From contig JAPEUD010000002.1 of the NCBI GenBank assembly GCA_026026165.1, forward strand, positions 744,001-798,914: a DNA stretch of 54,914 nucleotides, in the 5' to 3' direction. Shown here in pieces: positions 25,767-37,698 of the stretch (positions are counted from its first letter, which is position 1; each line of letters starts with the position of its first letter). The position numbers were made by a program, and so were the translations under genes. Source of the stretch: Sarea resinae (taxonomy: Eukaryota). Under the pieces are notes generated by a model. The model was not told where the DNA came from and did not search any database. It saw only the letters and a list, made by a program, of their open reading frames with translations.

Positions 25767-28700
25767 CTACTGGGCCGGTTCTTCCTCTAAGACGGGCCCG
25801 GGACCTTTGAAGGCTTCCAATGCCGGAAGTGGTGTTCCTGGTGGCGCACCAGGTGATGCTCCCAGTACTCCCGATACGATTGGATGATGTACTCCTGTGA
25901 GTACTCCCGATCCTCCCCCCGGTGTTCCCGATGCTCCGAGAATACTTTCGCGTTTCTTTTCCGCGACTCTGAAGCTGCCTCGAGATCCTTTCACCAGATG
26001 GCCACTTTCAACCCGATCCTGGATCATCTCATCCAAGATCCTCGACATCTCATCGACGCTTTTGGATTTTCTCGTTTCGGCGGGCAACAAACCCACCGGA
26101 CTTGTAGGAGTTAATGGTCCTACGGGTCCGCCATTGACCATTGCACTGCCACCACTGCCGTTGCTACTGTGACTGGAGATCTTCCGGTGATCGGTGGGAT
26201 CTGATATCAAATCAGCGACGTCGCGTTTGCGCGCCGCAGACCTCAGAGCAGTGACCATGCGGTCTTTGTCGTCAAGTCGAGCTCGCAGGTCTGAAATCTC
26301 CGCATCTTTTTCCTCGAGCAAGCTGGTAATACCACCATCTTCTCCTAGCATCCCCATCATTTTATGAGGCGGAGAAAAGCCCATGGACGTTCTTGAATGA
26401 CTAGCGCGCCTCGCTTGCAGTAGACGCTTTTCAAGCGTAGAAATGTAGCGGTTCTTGTCGGCCAGATCAGCTTGCAAAGCGCTGACTTGATTTGACAGAG
26501 TAGCAGTTCCGTCTCCAAATTCGCCAGCCGAATCTTCATCCTCTGCGGTATCTTCAATGTCTCCTGAGTGGGGAAATTGTGGGGAATGGCCGTTTGAAAG
26601 TTGTCCGACAGTGCTGGTGGACTCAGTCGAATCAGCCCGAGAGCGCGGAACGGCCGGCACCTCCAAGGTGGAATGGCTTGCGGATGATGAGCGCACGGAT
26701 TTTGCGTCGCCATTGGTCATAATTGACAACCTTGGATGCACGCCAAGGGAAGAGAAAGTGCCGCTTGAGTTAACTCCGGTTGATTTGGAGCAAAGAATCA
26801 AACGGTTGAGATGTTCGATTCGCTCTTTGAGCGCAGTTCGTGCGAGCTGCATCTCGAGCATTTGTTCCTCGTGTCGTTGCTCGGCCTCTTTCTCGCGTTC
26901 CTTTTCCTCCTCCTCGTGCTTGGCCTTGGCTTGGTCTTCTAATTGTCCGCGCAGATCCTGAATCTCCATCCTATACCTCTCAAGTAATACTCTGCTGCCA
27001 GCATCTCCATTGCCACTGCCATAAGCTTCCTCCGCCTTTTTGGCATGACTGATGATGTTATTCTTGGCTCTTGCTGCAAACTTCAGGGTATTCAGAGTTT
27101 CTGCGGCGTGTCCAGTGGCTGCCGCTGCAGCGCTTGCACCAGACCCAGTCTGAATCGTGCAAAGAATACTGACCAACGAATCACCAGACAAAGCTGGTTG
27201 CAGTAGTCTAGTAAGTTTGCTGTCGCGGTAGGGCAGATGCTTGCCATCCTTGTCCGTGGGATTTCCGTTCTTATCCTTGTCGCCTGACAGTCGAGCAATG
27301 ACCGTGCCAAGTGTCAGAAGACTTTTGTTGATATGTGCACCTTCCGTCCGACGTTCTTTACTCTCTGCGGCTTTCTCGGAACCCGCAAGATCAATCAAGC
27401 TGAGTGTCGACACCCGAACGCCACCGGGTAGAACAGCATTCCGTTTGCTATCATGCATGGACCCGTTGCCAGGTACACGCTCTCGGCTCTCAACCACGAT
27501 TTGTACAACAGCATGACTCCGTGAGCTTCGTGCATTATACTGAGTACTGCCGGTCCTGCGTTGATGATCACCTCGAGCAATAACTCGTAACAACTGGGTC
27601 GGACTCTGAACAATCTCTTCCTTGAGAGGTGTAGCATATACGCCTCTTTTACTGTCCTCTCGAAGCTTAATCTCTTCTTGCTGAGGTGCACCAGCCCCTG
27701 CCGCACCACCTGCGCCGGTAGCCGAAAGAAGGTCATGAATCTTTTCGTTATAGATCTCCAAGTAGCTGACTCGTAACAAAAATTCGCGATGAGGCGTTTC
27801 TCGGATGTACGAGAAGATATCTGTTATGGCCAACGGTATTACCCCTGGGGATGTCGTGGTTCCCTGCATTGAGAAAGTCTTTCCCGTGCCGGTCATACCA
27901 TAGGCAAACACCGTCCCATGATATCCCTCCATGACTCGTCGGACCAAACGCTTGGCAGAAGCATCATAGACCTTAGCGTTGTCATCGTGTGTCGCGAAAA
28001 CGTTATCTGTGCAGCGTCAGAAAATACACAGCAGATCCCATTGAAACTGGCGCATACCATAATAGTAATCCCCTCCTTCTCTGCCTTTATAAGACACCAA
28101 TGACCTTCTCCCATCTACCATCCATTCACCTTCACTCTTCGAATTATCTGCGCCATTTGCCTCTGGTCTAACGCGGACACTGACAAGGACGTTGCCCTTT
28201 CCTTCCTTTGAATCATGCTTCGAGTCGCCTGCGGAATCATCGGCGCCATCTCTGCCTCTAAGAGAAAACTCCCCATTATCATCATAAGTTGTCGCAGTTG
28301 TTGAATAAGAGCCGTTCGCTGAAGAGCTTCGACTCGGCGAAGGTGACGGCAGACTCAGTAGACCCTCGGAGCCTCGAGCACCAGGACCACTGGATATAGA
28401 TCTGGCATCCCCGCTACCGTTGAGTAGGCTAGGCGTCCCAACTCCTGACGAGTAAGGGGATGAGCTACCACTCAACGTCTTCGGGCGCTTGAGTCGCAGA
28501 CTGCCTCCTGGGGTTGCTGTACTGTTGTCATGGGAAACCCGTCGGCTCGACGGGGTTCCAGCTAAAGGACTAGATATTCGAGAAGCATTTTTCGGTGGAT
28601 GAGGGAAAGAAGCAATGCTGACTGTTTTGCGTACGGCTTTGTGGGACGGGGTAGCTGCTCCAGCTAGAGTAGGAACACTGGACGTTGAATCGTTATGGGG

Positions 28701-28913
28701 TAGTACTGGCGTTGGCGTTGGCAGTATCGATGCCGATGAAGTTCGATTGGCGGAAACCCTAGGAGTTCGAAGAGAAGAGGACGAGTCTCTTGAAACTGGC
28801 CTCTCTATTGGAGATGAGGGCCCTCTGCGCTTTTGCGGGCCAGGAAGTGGGGGGAGACCAGATGATGGCGGATTAAGAGACGGACGTGACGGCCTTGGGA
28901 GCGTGGCAGCCAT
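25767..28913 (-). CDS. kipA: Kinesin-7 (KipA/Kip2-like) motor; 1 intron
   Basis: Ser/Pro-rich N-tail, NVLVSVRVRP, intron ~28008-28057, P-loop GMTGTGKT, SSRSH, LIDLAGSE, HLPYRDSKLT, C-terminal coiled coils. Confidence 0.92.
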
Positions 28914-30818
28914 ACTTAGTCAAATGCTACCTCGTGCGGTAGCCGTCCTTTCAGATTAATTCCTCCTATGAAAAAAGATGGGGTTTTCTCAAAAGAAAAT
29001 TATTGCCGCAATAGATCCCATGAACACAGCCAGTGGAAAGCTTATTCGCGACGCTGGTAAAGCAGAACGTTTGACGGAGGGGTTCGAAAGGTAAGACGTT
29101 TCCCACGCAATCAATTGCCGACGAATGCGAGTTGTGAATGGCAACTGCCAATGATGTCGTCCGACCGCCTCAATGATCCGTGTAGTTGATTCTTCGTAAT
29201 TCGTCGTTGTCGTATTTGCGATGTCGATCAAATCCTCTGATAATTGCGGGTCGGGCCAAAGCTGCGATAGCAAACAGCCGGATTCTGGAAAGCAGTCTTC
29301 GGCGTGGTATTCAATGTCGCGAAACCTGACAGGCTCAGCGACTTCTAACGTCTTTGCCCACGGGAAATTTCCTCCACTTTGCGGATGTCGTATGTGTCTA
29401 AGCGTGTCTGTGTATGCACTGCGGCTGGTGCATAGGCTGGCGATGTGGCTTTCACGTCTTGTGAGTAAGAGGGATGATGATGTTCGTTGCAGCGTGAAGT
29501 CATGCAACAGGACGTCCGGACGATGGCCGAGACTGGCTGTTGACGGGACAAAGAAGAAGATGTGAGTGATGAGCTTGGCGAAAGCGTTGATTGGGAAGGA
29601 GCGACTCTTTGAGGATGGATAGGTGGGTGGATGGTTGTCCGTGAAAGATGCGGGAAATTGAAAGGTACCACCACCACCACGCTTCTTGTGGGATAACGGT
29701 TCAGGGTGAAATTCGAAGTGACAGCCGTCGAAAAGGATGCGGAATACGATTGAGAGGCTCTCCAGGAGATCCCATGTAGGATCCCAATGAATGTGGAGAG
29801 AGTGCCTGCGGTGGGAGTAGGCAAGTATGCATCTGAAGCCTCGATGGTCGACGTTCGAGGTCGTTGTTGATCCGTGTCGACGTCTAGAGTACGGAGTAGC
29901 CGTGACTTCCTTGGGGCAGACAACGTGGACGTGCCTTCCCCCTCGCAGGGTCCTGCTTTCCGTTTCTAGCTCTCGCTTGATACGGCAGTGGCCCAGAATG
30001 ACCAAAGTCTCCAGTCAGAAGGTACGAAGGCCTCTCGGTCGCGGATCGCGGATCGCGGATCGCGTCCTCGATGTCCCTCGATCTTCCTCGATCTTTCCTG
30101 AAGTACGAAGTACTGCGGCGTACTGCGCAATCATCGGTACTCCGAGTATGGCCAGTATGTAGTACTCCGGAGTAGAGTGGTAGCTGAAGCTGGAGTGCCG
30201 CTCGTTGTGGCTGCTCGACGGATCCTGTACGGAACGCTGCGCAGTACGACACGATATGCTAACTCTTCCCGGTGCCTCAGCAATCTTATCTCATGCAGCC
30301 CCAGCACATTTTAAAATGAATGGAATGACATATGAAGTACTGCGGACATGGCGGGCCCCTGATTGGTGTAGACGAGTAAAATCAGGGGGAAACACAGTGG
30401 GATGGTAGTACGGGCACTCGAGTCGCAAGGTTTCTCTCAACACGACTCAGCACACCTGTCTATGAGTACCTTAGCCGTACTACTCTGGACTACACTACGG
30501 TACCGCCTGGGGGACAGAGTGCACGGGGTACCTCGTGCTTCGTCCGTACAGCTGGAGAGTGCGAAGTACCCCGTAATACTGCGTACTACTATGAGTAGTA
30601 CTATGTATGAGAGCCATGATGATGTGCGGGCCACAGAGTGCTCCCCTCAGAGAGACGTCGTCTTTTGCACCCCTTTCTCGAAGCCAATGATATATGCAAA
30701 ACAACGGAACGCCAAGAACGATCCAACTAATGCATGCGGATACGCCCAACCCATCCACCCAATACCCGCCAACGCCTTCCATCATTGCTCTAGAGTAGAA
30801 TCGGTCCTCGGCCTGCAT

Positions 30819-32071
30819 TCATCGCATGGCCGCAAAATCAATCTTCCGAGCGACCTTGTCGTCCTTGATGCTATCAAGCTCGCCCCCTCGTCTTTTGAGG
30901 TCTTCCCCCATTTTCGCAGCCCCTCCACCCTTTTTCGGCAAGTCTTCCTTTCGCGTCGGTCGAGGGTCGGTCGACCACCATTTATGCTTCAGCATCTCCC
31001 GAGCGGTCGCCCGTTTCCGGGGGTCTAATGCAAGCATGGACATCATGAGATCGACGCCCACTGGGCCCGCTGTACCGAACGTGGCCAAATAAAAGTCCCG
31101 GTTGCGGACGGGCTGTGGCGTTCCTGCGACGTAATCTGGCAGCTTCGACACTCCCGGCCAGTTCTCCTCTGTTGGCGTCCCGATGGCTTGACAGATGAGT
31201 TCCATCTGGTGTAGGTCGGTATTTCCAGGTAGAAATGGTGTCCTGAGCAGCAGTTCCGCGAACACCAGCCCCATCGACCACACATCCACGGCTCCGGAGT
31301 AGTATCTAGCGCCGTACAACAATTCTGGCGGGCGGTACCATCTAGTGATGACCTGATGCGTCATAACGCGATAAGGATCTGAGAAAGACCGGGCGAGACC
31401 AAAATCCGCAAGCTTGACCTCTCCATCCGCTGCAATAAGCAAGTTGTTGGGTTTGATATCCCTATGCAGCACAAAGTTTTCGTGACAGAACCACACCGCG
31501 CGACCCAGCATACCCATCCATGCTTTGACGTCCGCAGTGCCGTATCTGACACCATCGACATCTCTAATCAACATTTCTAGATCGCCCAGCGGCAGATATT
31601 CGAGGACTAGGTTGAGGTTTTGGTGCTTGGAGGAGAACACTGAATGAAGCGCGATTATATTGGGATGAGAAAGCTCCTGTAGATACTTGACTTCTCGAAT
31701 AGCGTCCATTGAAAGTCCATCACGATACTCAGAATTGACTTTGATCTTTTTTATTGCCACCATCGAAGTGGGGTCCGCCTTGAGATGACCAAGATAGACT
31801 ATCGCATAGGTTCCCTCACCAAGCTTCTTATCTGCGCAAAGTCAGGACAAGCGATGCGTCAGACAAGGAGAAGTGCAGCTGGCGAACCTTTGACATATTT
31901 CCGTTTCGTCTCTTCGTTCAACTGCTCCGCCAATTCCTTTGTCGCTTCGGCACTGCTTTGTGGTGTTGAAGCACCGTCAAGTCCATCTTTGAGTGCGAAG
32001 GCTTTTGCTTTGGCCGCAGAGATATTCGTGTCTGGAACGACTGGGCTTGCATTTGCTGGTGAGACTGCCAT
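30819..32071 (-). CDS. KIN28: TFIIH CTD kinase / CDK7; 1 intron
   Basis: KYVK|DKKLGEGTYA (intron 31832-31887), DAIREVKYLQEL, HRDIKPNNLLI, DFGLARSF, T-loop MTHQVITRWYR, C-terminal ARKIDF. Confidence 0.93.
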
Positions 32072-32530
32072 ATCGGCGACAGTGCGACAGTCGAATCGAC
32101 TGTGGTGAGCGCTTCGAGATAATAAAGACGGCTGGGAGTAGAGTCAATCGAATCAAAACTACTTATAGCCCCAAGCGGAGCATAAGTGCAGTAGCGCGCC
32201 CTAATGGCAGCGGAGGTGTCTCAGCGCAGCATTGGTCTTCTATCCTGGATCAATGTTTGAAGGTCGGATTTTGAGGCGGCGTGAAGCTCTACAGGTATTG
32301 AGTCCTTGCCAAGCGCTCTCATTGAGCAATCGCGGGACGGCATGTTCCGTACGGTCGTCAAACTTCGTAGTCGAGCACATTCATATCCAGACCTCAGACA
32401 CCATATCTACACACCTCAATATCAAGACCGCCCCGAGAGTGATTAGGTGGGAGTCCATCTCTCATCTGCAAATCGATCTAGCCTTCCCTCAGGTTCGAGC
32501 ATATAGCATCATTTCCTCGAATCGCGCGTC

Positions 32531-33271
32531 ATGATGATCGTCCGACACCGCGGCATAAATTCCCTTTTTTCCTCCTCCGCATCCTCCTCAATCGCCCAAA
32601 TCGCTCGTCCTGCACAATGCATTCGATCCTTGCATAGGAGCGTGGCTCCGGCCCCAATACCTTCTCCAACTCCTTTCGTTCCCGATCCGCAGACTTTTCT
32701 CACCCTGATTGGCCGCAACCTCAGCAAGCATGCCAGCAAGATTCCTTCATGGGAAGCTTTGTTCACTCTCACCTCCTCACAGCTCAATGACCTAGGAATT
32801 GCTCCTCCGCGCGATCGAAAGTATCTTCTGAGGTGGAGGGAAAAGTTCAGGAAGGGCCAGTTCGGCGTCGGAGGTGACCTTCAGGAGGTCGTCGACGGAA
32901 CGGCATACCTACGTGCGGTGGAGGTACCAATCTCAAAGCCGGGACAACCGATCAAGAACAAAGTGGCTACAGCTACGAGATCACCTGGAACGGTCAAAAT
33001 GGTCGTCAACGTCTCGGCACCAGACCAGGCCCCCAAAGGCACGATAGCAGACTTGAAGCGTGTGGAGCAGGTCAAACTGAGGGGAGCGCACACGATCAAA
33101 GGTCCTCACGTTCTGCCAGTCAAGGGAACCCGAGGAAAGGTGGCGAGCATCAAGGTAGCGGAAGGGTTGTGGGAGCATAAGCGTGGGCACAAGATTGACG
33201 GGGGCGAGAGAAGGAGGGCTGAGGTTCGGGCGAAGAGAGCTGCTGCCGAGAGAAAGGCGGCAAGGGTTTGA
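32531..33271 (+). CDS. FYV4: Mitochondrial small ribosomal subunit protein mS41 (IGR-motif protein)
   Basis: Arg/Ser-rich presequence-like N-terminus, FLTLIGRNL, LFTLTSSQL..LGI.PPRDRKYLLRWR, basic C-terminus GGERRRAEVR. Confidence 0.85.
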   Translation: MMIVRHRGINSLFSSSASSSIAQIARPAQCIRSLHRSVAPAPIPSPTPFVPDPQTFLTLIGRNLSKHASKIPSWEALFTLTSSQLNDLGIAPPRDRKYLLRWREKFRKGQFGVGGDLQEVVDGTAYLRAVEVPISKPGQPIKNKVATATRSPGTVKMVVNVSAPDQAPKGTIADLKRVEQVKLRGAHTIKGPHVLPVKGTRGKVASIKVAEGLWEHKRGHKIDGGERRRAEVRAKRAAAERKAARV

Positions 33272-33974
33272 GTACGGGAGGACATCACATTTCTGGTTGG
33301 ATCTGTATCATCAACGATTCCCATAGCGATCTTGGCTTCTGGGGCAGCGGCTCTGTCGCCAACGTGGAGAACGAAAGCACCTCATCGGAAAACTCCTCGA
33401 GGGGGGTGGGGCTTGAAGGAAGACGATGTCGGCTCATCTGGTGCAGCAGGCACACTCTGTACGATGCTTGTTTGGTCTCACAAATGCGAGAGAAGATATT
33501 CTGTATAATGCATCATCCCATCAAAGAAAGCGTTGTCCGTAGAGTCCATTGTGAGACAGGAACCATCACAGCCGAGAACATCGGATTTTCCGTGGCTCAC
33601 AGCTGCCATCTAGCTACTCTACATGGTACCCGAGCTCGTAATGGGTCCTCTGCTCTATCAGGCATTGATCCGTCCCTCTTGACGGATGAAATATCGCACG
33701 AGTCTGACTTTCGTCTTCAAGCGCTGGACATGTTCGATTTCAAGGCCAACCGCCCTGTCTGTCTGTCACTGATGCCTCATGCCGGCCCGTGGCCATTGAC
33801 AAAGCCGTCGTAGCCAGATTGCAAATGAGACGTCACCACAGCCAACCCTCGTTCGACCCCGTTCGAGCTTGAGAGCTTCCATTTCCATCCTCACCCCGTC
33901 ACACATCCCCCCGTCCCCCCATCTCCACACTCGCCCGACCATCTCCAATCCCTTCGGCCACCATCTGCCCTGCC

Positions 33975-35182
33975 ATGGCTCCATCTACCAAACTAGGCAA
34001 CCTCCTTCACCTCGAACCGCTCTATCTCAGCGAGCTCCCGAACCATCCCTCATTCGAGACCCTCCCCGCCAGTGCCACCACCCCGAAGCCAGTCCGGCCC
34101 GACGTGACAACCTTTCTCATCAGCGCCCTCAATGAAGCCTCGGCCTTTCTCAACGATACGCCTCAGAGCTTCAAGCGCACCAAAGTGAAGCATTCTCCCC
34201 CTTCGACAGGAAAGGTGCACCTCTTTAGCCGGGAAGTCCGTGCCGCGGAACTCGCCCAGATCCCATGGGAAGACTCCCACGTCCGGCGGCATAGGCCGCA
34301 CGACCTCAACAACGCTGAAAGCACCAAAGCCGCAGCGGGCGAGTCATGGTTTGCGCGCGTCAGCAACCATGCGAATCGCGGCGAGCCTGGGACGGCCGAT
34401 TGGGAGGAATTTGAGAATGGATTACTGGTGGATCACTCTAAGCATGAGATGATGTATACGCCGGACGTCTACGACGCATTCAAGGTCATCGAGTGGGATG
34501 TGCCAGAGGATGAGGAGGCCATTGGAGAAGAGCCAGGAGAAGGCAGCGCGCTGTCGAATGCTGGATACGCGCAGGTGTCGATGAATAGTGGGTGCTCCTC
34601 AAGCTCAAGCCCCCAAGCATAGATCTCTCCACGAGCTCAGACGTTTGCCCTCTCAAGATCGCAGCTAACATTATTTGTCCAGTCTACGAAATGTGTCACT
34701 CCCTTCCTACACCGCTCACCAATCGCATCTTCACCAACCTTGTGATCTCTGCCCGCCGCACAACTACCCCGCCTTCCTTCCTAAGCCTTCAAATCCCAGT
34801 CCGACTGCCCCGGTCCTTCACACCGGCGTTCTACTCGTCACTTCGCAATCTCACCGAAGGATCCACGGCGCAAAAACGCAAGAAAACCATCACGGGCATT
34901 TACACGGCCGTCGAAAGCGTTCGCTTGTTGCCCGAGTCCAGCAGCAACCAGAACGGTGGTGGCCGTGGCGATGGGGTGGACCCGAACGGCTGGAGCGGAG
35001 AGCCAAATATCGAGTGGGTCATGGCGACGGCAAGTGATGCACGCGGCTGGCTGCCGATGGGCTTGCAGAAGATGGGCGTTCCGGGTGCGGTGGCGAAAGA
35101 CGTAGGTCTCTTCATGCGGTGGGTTGAGCATCGGAGGAATTCGAAGGAGCCAATGGAGAACGGAGGTGGGGGAAGTCCATGA
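33975..35182 (+). CDS. Conserved fungal DUF3074 (START-like) protein; 1 intron
   Basis: ESWFARVS.H, WEEF..GL..DHSKHE..YTP, (I)YEMCH, GIYTAVE, IEWVMATASDARGWLP, AVAKDVGLFMRW. Intron 34588-34682. Confidence 0.8.
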
Positions 35183-35917
35183 TTGCTCTTTTTCTAGTCA
35201 TTTCCGCAATGTATATCATCTCTTTTGACTCGCTCGTGAGAAGGAACCGGGAAGAGCCCAATGTTGGCAATAGATGGACATCTACAGGGGAAAGGGGGGT
35301 ATAAGGATCTCTGATCCTATCTACAAGCCACGCATGCTCGATGTGGTGGTCGGTCAAAAAGGGAGGAAAATCAAAGTAATGATATTGATAATTCTAATAT
35401 CCCTCAAGGAAACTCTCGAAGGACGATTTAAAGCACTAGACACTGGATGCTCTGAGATTCTTATCGAGTATCAGAGAATACTTTTCAATGACAAGAGCGA
35501 ACAATTCAAGTTTGGTAAATATATAGCATGTGTGGGATTTACAAACGCAGACAAGCTTCCGATGATACCAGGACAGTTCCTCTCCGGCGTGTAATTGCAC
35601 TTGGGAGTACTTACGAAAGAGTCCCAATTTCCTTGTGATTTTTGACTCTCTATCCAGCATTACCCTTTATTTCAATATCATAAGGTAGGTACTCTCACAT
35701 ATCGCATGATGGTGCTCCCAGTCGTGCGAAAGGCAAACTCCGTAAACGCCGAGGGAGTTTAGTTACCATGACATCAGTAAACTTCGTCGATGCCGACGAC
35801 AATCATGAGATCTCTTGATCTCAGACGACAGAGGAACAAACATCCACCTGCTCACCATCAAGCACTGAATGCTCTACACTTTCTGTTTCTTAAGACGGCC
35901 ATCAAGTGAGGAACATC

Positions 35918-37288
35918 ATGGGCATCGAAGGCATCCCCGACTCCATGCTGGCGTGCCAGCTCCTCGAGGTGCGAACAACCCCTCCCTCCCCTCTTGAGTA
36001 CCCATCCTCGGCTTCCTACGGCCATCCAGACCAACACATTAATGCTAACAAAGTTTCTGAACAGTTCAACAAGCCCTACAAGATACACGAGATCCCGACG
36101 CCCTCGTCCCTCGGGCCCCATGACATCCTGGTCAAAGTAGCAGTAGCATCCTACTGCCACACGGACGGCATGGTCAGCGCCGGAATAATGGGGACGTCCC
36201 TGCCGTGCACGGCGTCGCACGAAGGCGCGGGCACCGTCGTCGCGGTCGGGTCCTCGATCTCGTCCTTTCAAAAGGGCGACCGGGTCCTGTGTCCCCTGAT
36301 GCGCAACAACTGCGGCGCCTGCCCCGACTGCCTGGGCCCGGAGAACTACACGCAGTACTGCCCGCACAACGACGGCGCGTGCGGCGTCAACCTCGACGGC
36401 TTCTTCGCCCAATACGCCATCATCGACGGCCGGGGCGCCAACCGGCTGCCGGACCGCCTGAGTTTCGCCACCGCTGCGCCGCTGGCCTGCGCCGGCTGTA
36501 CGGTCTGGCGCGGCGTGCTGCAGGCGGGGCTCACGCCGGGCGAATGGCTTTGCATCGTGGGTGCGGGAGGCGGACTGGGTCATATGGGCGTCCAGTTCGC
36601 CAAGGCGCTCGGGCTGCAGGTGGTGGGCGTGGAGGCGCGCGAGGAGGGCATGAAGCTCGCGAAGAGCGCAGGCGCGGACGTAGTGGTGGATGCGAGGGCC
36701 GGGAAGGAGAAGGTGGCCGAGGAGGTCAGGAAGGTTACTGGTGGCCACGGTGCTGACGCGACGGTCAATGTCAGTGATGCCGATGAGGCGGCCGCCGTGG
36801 CGTGTGCGGTCACTAAGATGCATGGTCTCATGGTGCAGATCGCTCAGGTGAGTCTTCTCTTCTCCTTTCCTTTTCCTTTCCTTTCCTTTCCTTTCCTTTC
36901 CTTTCTTTTCCTTGCTCTCTTTCCTTTCCTCTTCTTTCTGCGCATTCAACATACTTCCGACGACGCGACCCTGCCGAATCCTCCATCCACATACTAAGAA
37001 ACCCTCTCACCGCAGCCCCCCGAAGTCAAGATCCCCTTCGTCGAGTTCGTGTTCCGCGACGTCCGGGTGCAAGGCTCGCTGATCTCGTCCCGGGACGAGA
37101 GCCGGCGGATGCTGGAGCTGGTGGTGGCGCACAACGTGCACGTGCGCAAGAACGTCTTCCACGGCCTGGCCGAGATCCCGAAGATGCTGGAGCTCGTGCA
37201 CAGCGGCAAGATGGCCGGCAAGGGCGTCGTCGTCGTCGACGAGGACGCTATCAGGGCGGAGAAGGAGTCCGGGCTGGACATGGTCTAG
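35918..37288 (+). CDS. Zinc-dependent alcohol dehydrogenase (MDR superfamily); 2 introns
   Basis: YCHTD, SHEGAG, structural Zn CGACPDC..C, APLACAG, Rossmann GAGGGLG. Introns 35969-36064 and 36848-37014 (the second has a (TTTCC)n tract). Confidence 0.92.
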
Positions 37289-37698
37289 TTTGATTTCGTG
37301 GGAGGGGTGGGTAGGAAAAGGGGAGAGAAGAGATGAGTGTTTTTAATTCGGAACGACTGTGATGAAATTGGAGAGTGCTAAACTCAGAGCATGGACGATA
37401 TATAGCCTAAATGTAAACACGATGAACGGTACAGAATGATTGGTCTTGGAGAGCCAGGTCTATGGTTTATATCTAATGGACGCAAATGGAACTGCACAAC
37501 CATATCAAGAGTAAGATTCTAATTAGACTTCCATGTTGCTCAGGACGCCATGATTAGATTATCGGCCGTCAAGCCAAGATATCGTTGCGCATAGATCGTA
37601 GATCGTCATGAAATCATGTCAATTATAACAACAAAAACAAATGAATGCTGAAATGCGATACAGCTGAGGAGAAAGGCAAAAAAGCTGGTCGACCTTCC

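Noticed and set aside
16397..32071. Functional clustering of STK19, GCN5 and KIN28 as a transcription/repair gene cluster
   Set aside because: They are interspersed with unrelated housekeeping genes; no evidence beyond coincidence.
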